A DNA stretch of 64,000 bases from an uncultured Poribacteria bacterium (GTDB lineage Bacteria > Poribacteria > WGA-4E > WGA-3G). Positions 41,919-50,810 of this stretch are shown here, piece after piece (position 1 is the stretch's first letter; every line of letters starts with the position of its first letter). The notes beneath the pieces are model-generated. The model worked only from the letters and a program-made list of their open reading frames with translations. It was not told the DNA's origin and did not search any database. The position numbers were made by a program, and so were the translations under genes. The stretch covers positions 2,112,001-2,176,000 of the forward strand of contig CATQHZ020000001.1 in NCBI GenBank assembly GCA_958296135.2. Direction: 5' to 3'.

Positions 41919-41954
41919 CCACGCCTACCAGGGCCGAATGATGTCCGCTGGGCA

Positions 41955-42773
41955 TTAGGTTCCGCTCTGCCGAAACCCCACCTCCGTCCGATGCCAATTG
42001 TGCCCCCGGTCTGCATCTCGGAACGGGATACTTCTCCCCAACAACTGCTTGAGGATATCGCTTTCACCCGCTAACGCTGCATCGGTTAACTGCCGAGGCA
42101 TGTCCTCCTGCGGATAGATAACCGAGCGGTTATACATGCCGAGCAACCCGACGCGCGGCGCGTCTGTCACGTTTGGCAGACACTGGTGCCAGATGGCACC
42201 GTTCGTAAACAAAATTGAACCTTTCGGCGCGACAGCGATGCTCTTCTCCAATCCCTCTGCTTCGCCTAACTCTGGGCGGCGCAGCGTTTTGTGCGAGCCA
42301 GCAATACACGCTGTCGCGCCGTTATCCGCTGTGAATGCATCCAGCATCCACACCGTCTGTCCCGTCAATGAACCCGAAGGAAACGGCGGCTGCATCGCCC
42401 AGTAGGGATAGTCAATGTGCCATCCGCCAGCGGGCGCGCCCGCACCAACGATGTTCGCCGTGAACGTTGAGGCGATGACATCCTCGCCGAGCATCCGTTT
42501 CCATACCGCAATAACTGTGGGATGTTGGACAAGCCGCCGAAAAATAGGCGATTTGCCAACGATGCCCCACACGCGCCGGATCTTACTATCGCCGTAAGTG
42601 TGGTCCCGGCCGTTTGCGATATCCTCCTCAACGAGGGCCCATATCGCCTTGCGCGCTTCGTCTGCCTCTTCGGGCGTGATGACGTTCTTGATAATGTGGA
42701 ACCCCACCTCGCCCAGGTCGCGTTCCACGCGGTCAAGTCTCTCTGAATCTAATGCCGATTTGATTTTTAGCAC
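41955..42773 (-). CDS. Phytanoyl-CoA dioxygenase family protein
   Basis: WHID, LD.FT..NGAT...GSH, WH...PN....R. Confidence 0.88.
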   Translation of the reverse strand: MLKIKSALDSERLDRVERDLGEVGFHIIKNVITPEEADEARKAIWALVEEDIANGRDHTYGDSKIRRVWGIVGKSPIFRRLVQHPTVIAVWKRMLGEDVIASTFTANIVGAGAPAGGWHIDYPYWAMQPPFPSGSLTGQTVWMLDAFTADNGATACIAGSHKTLRRPELGEAEGLEKSIAVAPKGSILFTNGAIWHQCLPNVTDAPRVGLLGMYNRSVIYPQEDMPRQLTDAALAGESDILKQLLGRSIPFRDADRGHNWHRTEVGFRQSGT

Positions 42774-42785
42774 GGTTACACCTCA

Positions 42786-43130
42786 AAAATCGCACGATAC
42801 CGTAGGGTGGGGGCCTGTCCCCCGCCATGCATGCAAAAGCCCTTTCTTTATCGCTCACCAAACGCACGCCAAAAAAAACGCACGATACCGTAGGGCGGGG
42901 GACAGGCCCCCGCTATGCATGCTAGAGCCCTTTTTTATCGCTCACCAAACGCACGCCAAAAAAAACGCACGATACCGTAGGGTGGGGGCCTGTCCCCCGC
43001 CATGCCTGTTAGCCCTTTTTCAACGCTCACCAAACGCACGACAAAAAAATCGCACGATACCGTAGGGTGGGGGCCTGTCCCCCGCCATGCCTGTTAGCCC
43101 TTTTTTTTAACGCTCACCAAACGCACGCCA
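42786..43130. repeat. Four tandem REP-containing units of about 85-90 bp
   Basis: cgcacgataccgtagggYgggg..tgtcccccgc...cgctcaccaaacgcacg repeated four times. Confidence 0.85.
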
Positions 43131-44126
43131 CAAATTTGTGGCAAGGGGAAGACTCTGAATACTTTCAATAATCCGATCCTCTCCATCATCTTCATCGCTA
43201 TTCGGCACGCGGTTGTGCTTGTCCATCCACGCGATGTTCTCTGCAACGCTTTCTGTCACAGGCGTTTGCGGGTCGAACTCAGGCAGAACCGCCGCCAACT
43301 TTGCGCCGCTGTAAATCTGCGTATGCCCGAAGTTGTCAAGCAGATGGATATACCGCTGCGTATCGATGCCGATGAGCGTATCTTGCGCTACATGCACGAA
43401 CTCTGCCGAAACACCGAGGACCGCCGCGGCCACTTCCTGCCACTCATCCCACGTGCGCGGCTGCGGGTGAACGAGGTTGTATATCTCGCCGAAGCACTCG
43501 GATTTGCCGAGCACCGCTGCAAACGCAACCCCCGCATCCCGCGATGCCAAAAATTGGAAATAGTTCGTCCCATCGCCCACAGAGATAATCGGTTTCGCTT
43601 TGCGGAGCCGGTCAATCCAGACCCCGCCGCATCCGAGCTGCCGATGTAGGGGTATCCCTGGCCCGTGCGTGTAGGACGGCTTGAAAATCGTCACGGGAAA
43701 CCCATCGCGTGCATGCGCTTCCAACAGCAGATTATCCGCCGCAATCTTGCCCAGTGCGTAATCCGAGGTGCCGTTCAACGGTGCTGTTTCCGGCAAATTT
43801 ATCCCATCAAAAGGCGGCCCGTATGTCATCACTGTTGAGCAGTGGACGAAGTGCCCGACGCGTCCCTGAAATGCCCGTATTGCGGAGGCAGTATCCTCAG
43901 CGTTGAAACTAATCATGTCGATGACAGCATCCCACTCTTCCGCGCCGACTTTGGCTTCAAAATGGACGCGCTGTCTCCTGTCTCCATAAATCACGCGCAT
44001 GTCTTCTGGCGGCACATCTACGTGCTGCCCGCGGTTAAACAGCACGACTTCATGGTTGCGCGCTTGCAACGCGGCGACAATACCGCGGCTAATGTTGCCG
44101 GTGCCGCCGATGACTAAGACTTTCAT
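43107..44126 (-). CDS. NAD-dependent epimerase/dehydratase
   Basis: VLVIGGTGNI, Y...K motif. Confidence 0.88.
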   Translation of the reverse strand: MKVLVIGGTGNISRGIVAALQARNHEVVLFNRGQHVDVPPEDMRVIYGDRRQRVHFEAKVGAEEWDAVIDMISFNAEDTASAIRAFQGRVGHFVHCSTVMTYGPPFDGINLPETAPLNGTSDYALGKIAADNLLLEAHARDGFPVTIFKPSYTHGPGIPLHRQLGCGGVWIDRLRKAKPIISVGDGTNYFQFLASRDAGVAFAAVLGKSECFGEIYNLVHPQPRTWDEWQEVAAAVLGVSAEFVHVAQDTLIGIDTQRYIHLLDNFGHTQIYSGAKLAAVLPEFDPQTPVTESVAENIAWMDKHNRVPNSDEDDGEDRIIESIQSLPLATNLWRAFGER

Positions 44127-45481
44127 TCGTTGTCTACCTCCTCGATTAACTTCACTTCGGAGTCCGTTAACCCATACAACGCGTAAACCAACGCGTCAAT
44201 CTTTTCCTCAAGGGCCGGGACTTCGCTGCTGTTCGGCTCGTCAAGGATTAACTGAACGTACTCCGCGAGGGCCGATTTCTGCTCCTCTGTCCGCTCCGCT
44301 ACCGGAAAACTCGGCAGTCGATATTCGTATCCCGGCTCGTAGAAATCGATCCAGTTCTTCGCACTCAGTGGTTTCTCATACGAGGATTGATATTGGGTTT
44401 GCGCATAGAAATGGAAAAGTTTGCCGTTCAAAATCGCCAGCAGCGAGAGGTCATCAGTCGGTATGTAACGACGACTCTTATTTAAGAGAAACGCCCCAGA
44501 TGCGTCATAGTAGGCCTGCATAGCAATCCCACCTCGATAGACAATTTTGGGATGCCGAAACTCAGGATACTCTGCACGCGCAGCAAGTTCCCAATAGAAT
44601 TCGCCTTGACGACTACGTGTTTTTAACTTATCACTATAGCCGTTGAGATGCTCGTGGATTGCCGGATATTCGTCCGCAAAAATATGCTCTGCTCCCGACT
44701 CGTTTCTGCCGGACCAGGGCCACTGTCTGAATTTGCCGCTTGGGATAAATATCAGATACTTCGGGGTCAGTTGCCACCTCTTTATCTGCGGCTTCCCAAT
44801 GGCACGTTTTATGAGCTCATCGCTTTTCGCATCCTCACCGATTAACTGCTCGCGTTTGGATTCGTCTATGACGAATGCCAAGTTGCATCCAGTTTCAATG
44901 TAATCACGGTTGAGCTCCAAAAGGTCTCCCAGTCGCGTTCCGGTATTATCAATCTTCGTCAACAACGCTTCAGACGGAACTTCCGCAATCGCTGGCGCGT
45001 TTCGTTTTGCAGGGAAGAAATCAGCCGGGATTTCATGGGCGGAGTCAATGTGGATGCGCGCCTGCTGCTCTCCCCACGAACGGATAGTCAACGCCGCACC
45101 TTCAAAGAAAGCAAACGCAAACGGACGAAAATGCTCATCAACACAGAGAAAACCGAAATCCACCGCGGTATAGCCTTGCCGCTGCAATCCTTCACTGACG
45201 TGAAACAGGAGCTTGGGATACCCTGCCTTCTCACGAAAGCGGATGAGGAACGGCAACCGAGTCCCGGAAGCGTCCCCAGCGCGAACGCGGAGCTCTTGGC
45301 ACTCAATGACCTGGGCGGCGACACCCCCTTCAAGCCGAAGATACGGTAACGGAAAGGGCCGTGCAATTTGCTCCAGCGTGGCACCTTCCGGAATAGGCAA
45401 CCCCAGTTTTTCGTCTAAAAACTGCATCAACGATGCCGCATCGCCGATGCCCTGAATATCGTCACGCGTAACGATACGCAT
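44123..45481 (-). CDS. Free-standing specificity module E (NTD + TaqI-C-like TRD)
   Basis: MRIVTRDDIQ N-terminus; FYWEL, PKIVY, LLAILN and IDALVYALYGLT motifs; no MTase motifs. Confidence 0.75.
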   Translation of the reverse strand: MRIVTRDDIQGIGDAASLMQFLDEKLGLPIPEGATLEQIARPFPLPYLRLEGGVAAQVIECQELRVRAGDASGTRLPFLIRFREKAGYPKLLFHVSEGLQRQGYTAVDFGFLCVDEHFRPFAFAFFEGAALTIRSWGEQQARIHIDSAHEIPADFFPAKRNAPAIAEVPSEALLTKIDNTGTRLGDLLELNRDYIETGCNLAFVIDESKREQLIGEDAKSDELIKRAIGKPQIKRWQLTPKYLIFIPSGKFRQWPWSGRNESGAEHIFADEYPAIHEHLNGYSDKLKTRSRQGEFYWELAARAEYPEFRHPKIVYRGGIAMQAYYDASGAFLLNKSRRYIPTDDLSLLAILNGKLFHFYAQTQYQSSYEKPLSAKNWIDFYEPGYEYRLPSFPVAERTEEQKSALAEYVQLILDEPNSSEVPALEEKIDALVYALYGLTDSEVKLIEEVDNE

Positions 45482-45684
45482 TTAGCAATGTCCTCCTATC
45501 GTTTTCGGGATTCGGTGCAGCATGGGAACGCACGCTCTTTTCTTTGAAGAATAGACGCATTCGTTGAAGCCGAGGGACCGCGAGGGACAGGCCCTCGCGC
45601 TACGAGCCAAAGTACACGCTGCCCCTCTCCGAAGGGCGAGGGCCCGGCGATCGCGAATCGCCGAGGGTTCCCCTCGCCATGCTG

Positions 45685-47043
45685 CTACCGATGTTCTTCA
45701 ATTAATGCGCGTTCCGCCGCCGTTAGCCGATACAGCGCGTAAACCAACGCGTCGATCTCTTCCTCAAGGGCCGGGACTTCGCGACTGTCGGGTTCGTCAA
45801 GGATCGACTGAACGTACTCCGCGAGGGCCGATTTCTGCGCCTCTGTCCGCTCTGCTACCGGGAAGACTTCCATGATGCTTTTCTTGAAATCCAATCGACT
45901 CCCACTTGATGAGAGACACTCAGATCTCGCCCACCAACTAAACAGTTTGCTGTTCAAAACGGCGAGCAGCGAAAGGTCTGTTGTAGGGATGAAAAATGCC
46001 GGCGTTAAGACAAGCGCGTCCGACTCTTCATAACACGCCCGCATCGAATTGCCCCGGCTATACGGATAGATAATTTTGGGGTACTCTAGCAAAGCATAAC
46101 GCCTGCTTGAAGGGAACTCCCAATAGAATTCTCCCTGTTGCGTGCGCTCCTTCAAAGCGTCTCGGTAGCCGTTTAGATAACCACTAACCGCGGGATAAGT
46201 TATAGCAAAGATGCTCTCCGCTTCTACATCGTTAAGCGCATCAGTCCAAGGCCATCGCGTGTTTAGACTGCTTGGGATAAATATCAGATGCTTTGGCTCC
46301 GCTCTCCATTTTTTTCGCGAAGGTATGTCAACCATCGGCTTTATGATGTCCGCGCTGCTAGGATGTTCGTTTAACAACCTCTCATAAGTGGACACGTCCT
46401 CTATAACGAAGGCTTGGCGGTATCCGGTGTGAACACCACTGTAAATGTTCCCATGATGCCTCAAGAGCGTTCCCACCTCCGGCAGTTTGGCTAACAAACT
46501 CTCGCGCGTAGGACTCGGATCCGGTCGTACCGGCGGCTCAAAAACGAACTCAGGAGGAAGTTCATGTTCATAAGAGACGTGGATAGTCGTATTCTCCTGA
46601 GGCCATGAAAAAATAGTCAGCTCCGCGTTCTGCCAGTCATCCTCCGCCGAATCGTTGAAGTAGGCAAACGCGAACGGTTGGAGATGCTCATCTGTACAGA
46701 TAAACCGGAAAGGGGCAGAGCCTCCGGCATTCCGCTCAAGGGCCGGACAGATGGCGCGAAGTGCAGATTCGTAGCCCTGATTGGTGTTAAATCGCACCAA
46801 GAAGAGGATCCACGGTTCAGGATTTTCCGAAGTATCTCCAGGGAAAATCTGGAGTTTCTGGCAATCCAAAAAATGATCTGCGACAGGTCCTCTCAGCCCA
46901 AGGTCCCTTGGTCTAAACCGTGGACCTGTATCTTCAAGGGTTTCACCTTCCGGGATAGGCAACCCCAGTTTTTCACGCAAAAACTGCATCAACGATGCCG
47001 CATCGCTGATACCCTGAATATCATCACGCGTAACGATACGCAT
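45685..47043 (-). CDS. Free-standing specificity module D
   Basis: Same architecture, divergent TRD; own promoter-like TTGCAG-17-TAGACT at 47149-47121. Confidence 0.75.
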   Translation of the reverse strand: MRIVTRDDIQGISDAASLMQFLREKLGLPIPEGETLEDTGPRFRPRDLGLRGPVADHFLDCQKLQIFPGDTSENPEPWILFLVRFNTNQGYESALRAICPALERNAGGSAPFRFICTDEHLQPFAFAYFNDSAEDDWQNAELTIFSWPQENTTIHVSYEHELPPEFVFEPPVRPDPSPTRESLLAKLPEVGTLLRHHGNIYSGVHTGYRQAFVIEDVSTYERLLNEHPSSADIIKPMVDIPSRKKWRAEPKHLIFIPSSLNTRWPWTDALNDVEAESIFAITYPAVSGYLNGYRDALKERTQQGEFYWEFPSSRRYALLEYPKIIYPYSRGNSMRACYEESDALVLTPAFFIPTTDLSLLAVLNSKLFSWWARSECLSSSGSRLDFKKSIMEVFPVAERTEAQKSALAEYVQSILDEPDSREVPALEEEIDALVYALYRLTAAERALIEEHR

Positions 47044-47318
47044 TTAGCAATGTCCTCCTATCGTTTTCGGGATTCGGTGCAGCATGGGGAGGATATAAGC
47101 AACATCCATTCTGACGTTAGAGTCTACCATATCTCCCCCAAAACTGCAACCGATTTTCTTTCGATTAACAGAATGAATGCGTCTTCCGTTTGGAAACGAC
47201 ACATCGTCGGAAACTAACGTCTCTTCAGGTCTGCTAGGACCTGCATGTATAAAGAAAAACGTGTTGGCCCCTCTCAAGGTCTGCTAGGACCTAAATAGAT
47301 GTTTCCAGCGACGCTCGG

Positions 47319-48824
47319 CTACCGATGTTCTTCAATTAACGCGCGTTCAGCCTCCGTTAGCCGATACAGCGCGTAAACCAACGCGTCAATCTCTTCCTCA
47401 AGGGCCGGGACTTCGCGACTGTCGGGTTCGTCAAGGATTAACTGAACGTACGCCGCAAGGGCCGCTTTCTGCGCCTCTGTCCGCTCCGCTACCGGAAAAC
47501 TCAACAGTTGAGATTTTTGTCCCGGCAGGTAGAAACTGATCCAACTCTTCGCACTCAGTGGTTTCCTAAACGAGGATTGATATCGGGCTTGCGCATAGAA
47601 ATGGAAAAGTTTGCCGTTCAAAATCGCCAGCAGCGAGAGGTCGTCAGTCGGTATGAAATAACAACTATTCTGTAAGATAAACGCCCCAGATGTGTCATAG
47701 TAGGCCTGAATAGCAATCCCACCTCGATAGACAATTTTGGGATGCCGAAACTCAGGATACTCTGCACGCGCAGCAAGTTCCCAATAGAATTCGCCTTGAC
47801 GACTACGTGTCTTTAACTTATCACTATAGCCGTTGAGATGCTCGTGGATTGCCGGATATTCGTCCGCAAAAATCTGCTCTGCTTCCGACTCGTTTCTGCC
47901 GGACCAGGGCCACTGTCTGAATTTGCCGCTTGGGATAAATATCAGATACTTCGGGGTCAGTTGCCACCTCTTTATCTGCGGCCTCCCAATGGCACGTTTT
48001 ATGAGCTCATCGCTTTTCGCATCTTCACCGATTAACTGCTCGCGTTTGGATTCGTCTATGACGAATGCCAAGTTGCATCCAGTTTCAACGTAACCACGGT
48101 TGAGCTCCCAACGGTCTCCCAGTGGCGGTCCGGTATTATCAATCTTCGCCAACAATGCATCAGACGAAGGTGAAACGACTCTCGCCAGCCCTGTCTCCTC
48201 CTGCACGGGAAGTTCCGGCACATTCAACGGAACTTCCGCATAGGAAACGACAGCGCGATCTTCAGGATCCGGCAGGTCATCCGGTCGCTCGTTGACCCCA
48301 GGCGTTACAGGTGGATCATCCGGTCCCGGAGACGGAGCGGGGAAGAAGACATCCGGTAATACATGCTCCGCACCAGTGTGAACGACCGTCTTCGCCTCTG
48401 TCCACGAAAAGACGGTTAATTCCGCGTTCTGCCAGTCACCTCCCGCCGAATCACTGAAATAGGCGAACGCGAACGGTTGATAATTCTCTCCCATACAGAT
48501 AAAACCGAAATCTGCAAGATTGCGGCCGCGCAACCTTGGTGCACCGCTCACAAGACGCAAGACTTCCGAACAGTCCTCTTCACTGCGAAATCGGATGAGG
48601 AAGATGCCGGAAGGTTCACCGGAAGCACCGCTGATTTCCTGGCAACTCAGAATCTCGCGAGCGATGTCTCCGCTGAGTCCCAGCGAATAGGGTGAAAAAT
48701 CTGCGACAATCTCTCCAAGGCCTAAACCTTCCGGAATAGGCAACCCCAGTTTTTCGTCTAAAAACTGCATCAACGATGCCGCATCGCCGATGCTTTGAAT
48801 ATCATCACGCGTAACGATACGCAT
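47319..48824 (-). CDS. Free-standing specificity module C (mosaic of B and E)
   Basis: N-domain near-identical to B, TRD near-identical to E. Confidence 0.75.
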   Translation of the reverse strand: MRIVTRDDIQSIGDAASLMQFLDEKLGLPIPEGLGLGEIVADFSPYSLGLSGDIAREILSCQEISGASGEPSGIFLIRFRSEEDCSEVLRLVSGAPRLRGRNLADFGFICMGENYQPFAFAYFSDSAGGDWQNAELTVFSWTEAKTVVHTGAEHVLPDVFFPAPSPGPDDPPVTPGVNERPDDLPDPEDRAVVSYAEVPLNVPELPVQEETGLARVVSPSSDALLAKIDNTGPPLGDRWELNRGYVETGCNLAFVIDESKREQLIGEDAKSDELIKRAIGRPQIKRWQLTPKYLIFIPSGKFRQWPWSGRNESEAEQIFADEYPAIHEHLNGYSDKLKTRSRQGEFYWELAARAEYPEFRHPKIVYRGGIAIQAYYDTSGAFILQNSCYFIPTDDLSLLAILNGKLFHFYAQARYQSSFRKPLSAKSWISFYLPGQKSQLLSFPVAERTEAQKAALAAYVQLILDEPDSREVPALEEEIDALVYALYRLTEAERALIEEHR

Positions 48825-49156
48825 TTAGCAATGTTCTCCTATCGTTTTCGGGATTCGGTGCAGCATGGGAACGCACGCGCTTCTCTTTGAAGAATAGACG
48901 CATTCGTTGAAGCCGAGGGACCGCGAGGGACAAGCCCTCGCGCTACGGCCCAAAGCACACGCCGCCCCTCTCCGTAGGGCGAGGGCCGTCACGGTCACGC
49001 CTACAGCAAACGTGCGTGTGTCGCCTCGCGAAAGCACGGTCACGTCTACAGAAAATGTGCGTGTGTCGCCCCGCGTAAACACGCTACCTTACTTACTTTA
49101 ACGTTGTCCTCTCTGCCGCCTCGCTGCAGAGATGTCCACTGCCCCTCGCCATGCTG

Positions 49157-50605
49157 CTACCGATGTTCTTCAATTAACGCGCGTTCAGCCTCCGTTAGCC
49201 GATACAGCGCGTAAACCAACGCGTCGATCTCTTCCTCAAGGGCCGGGACTTCGCTGCTGTTCGGCTCGTCAAGGATCAACTGAACGTACCCCGCAAGGGC
49301 CGCTTTCTGCTCCTCTGTCCGCTCCGCTACCGGGAAGACTTCTATGTCGCTTTTCTTGAACTTCAACAGGGTTTCACCGGGGGCACGACACTCGGATTGC
49401 GCCCACCAATGAAAAAGTTTGCTGTTCAAAATCGCGAGCAGAGAGAGATCTGTCGTGGGTATGGAAAATGTGCCGAGGAAGCGAAGCGCATCCCCTTCTA
49501 CATAACACGCCCGCATTGAACTACCATCCGGATAGATAATTCTAGGGCGGTTATCAGGACTCTGGTCATCTACCGAGAGTTCCCAATAGAATTCACCTCG
49601 GTGAAATGCAGAACGGTTTTTTAATTTATCCCTATAACGGTTCAGGTGATTGCTGATTGCGGGATAGGTTTCCGCAAAAATTCGCTCCGCGGCCGCTTCA
49701 TCTGTCGTAACTGACCAGGGCCACTGTTTGTGCCGACCGTTCGGGATCCATATCAGATACGCCCGCTGCGGCCCCCATTTTTTCTTTTTGGGAACGCGAA
49801 CCAACGGCCTCATGAGTTGGGCACTGGCAGGGTCTTCCGCGATTAACTGTTCGCGTTTGAATTCCTCAATAACGAACGCGCGGTTGAGCCTAGTGACAAT
49901 GTTGCCGCTCAAAATGGTCCATTGCTGACCCAACGGTAACCCGCCCTTTTTCAGTTTGGCTAACAAACTCTCGCGAGAATACGAAACGACTTTCAGTTTG
50001 GCTAACAAACTCTCGCGAGAATACGAAACGACAGCGAGATCTTCAGGATCCGGCGGGTCATCCGGTCGCTCGTTGACCCCAGGCGTTACAGGTGGATCAT
50101 CCGGTCCCGGAGACGGAGCGGGGAAGAAGACATCCGGTAATACATGCTCCGCACTAGTGTGAACGACCGTCTTCGCCTCTGTCCACGAAAAGACGGTTAA
50201 TTCCGCGTTCTGCCAGTCACCTCCCACCGAATCACTGAAATAGGCGAACGCGAACGGTTGATAATTCTCTCCCATACAGATAAAACCGAAATCTGCAAGA
50301 TTGCGGCCGCGCAACCTTGGTGCACCGCTCACAAGACGCAAGACTTCCGAACAGTCCTCTTTACTGCGAAATCGGATGAGGAAGATGCTGGAAGGTTCAC
50401 CAGAAGCACCGCTGATTTCCTGGCAACTCATAATCTTGCGGGCGATGTCTCCGCTGAGTCCCAGCGAATAGGGTGAAAAATCTGCGACAATCTCTCCAAG
50501 GCCTAAACCTTCCGGAATAGGCAACCCCAGTTTTTCGTCTAAAAACTGCATCAACGATGCCGCATCGCCGATGCCCTGAATATCGTCACGCGTAACGATA
50601 CGCAT
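49157..50605 (-). CDS. Free-standing specificity module B
   Basis: Same architecture; 42-bp tandem duplication at 49949-50032. Confidence 0.75.
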   Translation of the reverse strand: MRIVTRDDIQGIGDAASLMQFLDEKLGLPIPEGLGLGEIVADFSPYSLGLSGDIARKIMSCQEISGASGEPSSIFLIRFRSKEDCSEVLRLVSGAPRLRGRNLADFGFICMGENYQPFAFAYFSDSVGGDWQNAELTVFSWTEAKTVVHTSAEHVLPDVFFPAPSPGPDDPPVTPGVNERPDDPPDPEDLAVVSYSRESLLAKLKVVSYSRESLLAKLKKGGLPLGQQWTILSGNIVTRLNRAFVIEEFKREQLIAEDPASAQLMRPLVRVPKKKKWGPQRAYLIWIPNGRHKQWPWSVTTDEAAAERIFAETYPAISNHLNRYRDKLKNRSAFHRGEFYWELSVDDQSPDNRPRIIYPDGSSMRACYVEGDALRFLGTFSIPTTDLSLLAILNSKLFHWWAQSECRAPGETLLKFKKSDIEVFPVAERTEEQKAALAGYVQLILDEPNSSEVPALEEEIDALVYALYRLTEAERALIEEHR

Positions 50606-50810
50606 TTAGCAATGTCCTCCTATCGTTTTCGGGATTCGGTGCAGCATGGGAACGCACGCGCTTTTCTTTGAAGAATAGACGCATTCGTTGAAGCCGAGGG
50701 ACCGCGAGGGACAGGCCCTCGCGCTACGGGCCAAAGCACACGCCGCCCCTCTCCGAAGGGCGAGGGGCCGGCGAGCGCGAATCGCCGAGGGTTCCCCCCT
50801 CGCCATGCTG

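Noticed and set aside
42786-43130. Possible CRISPR array
   Set aside because: Inter-repeat segments resemble each other rather than being unique spacers; units are REP palindromes; no cas genes
44123-50605. Diversity-generating retroelement behind TRD variation
   Set aside because: C/E differences are not adenine-specific and no reverse transcriptase is in the window
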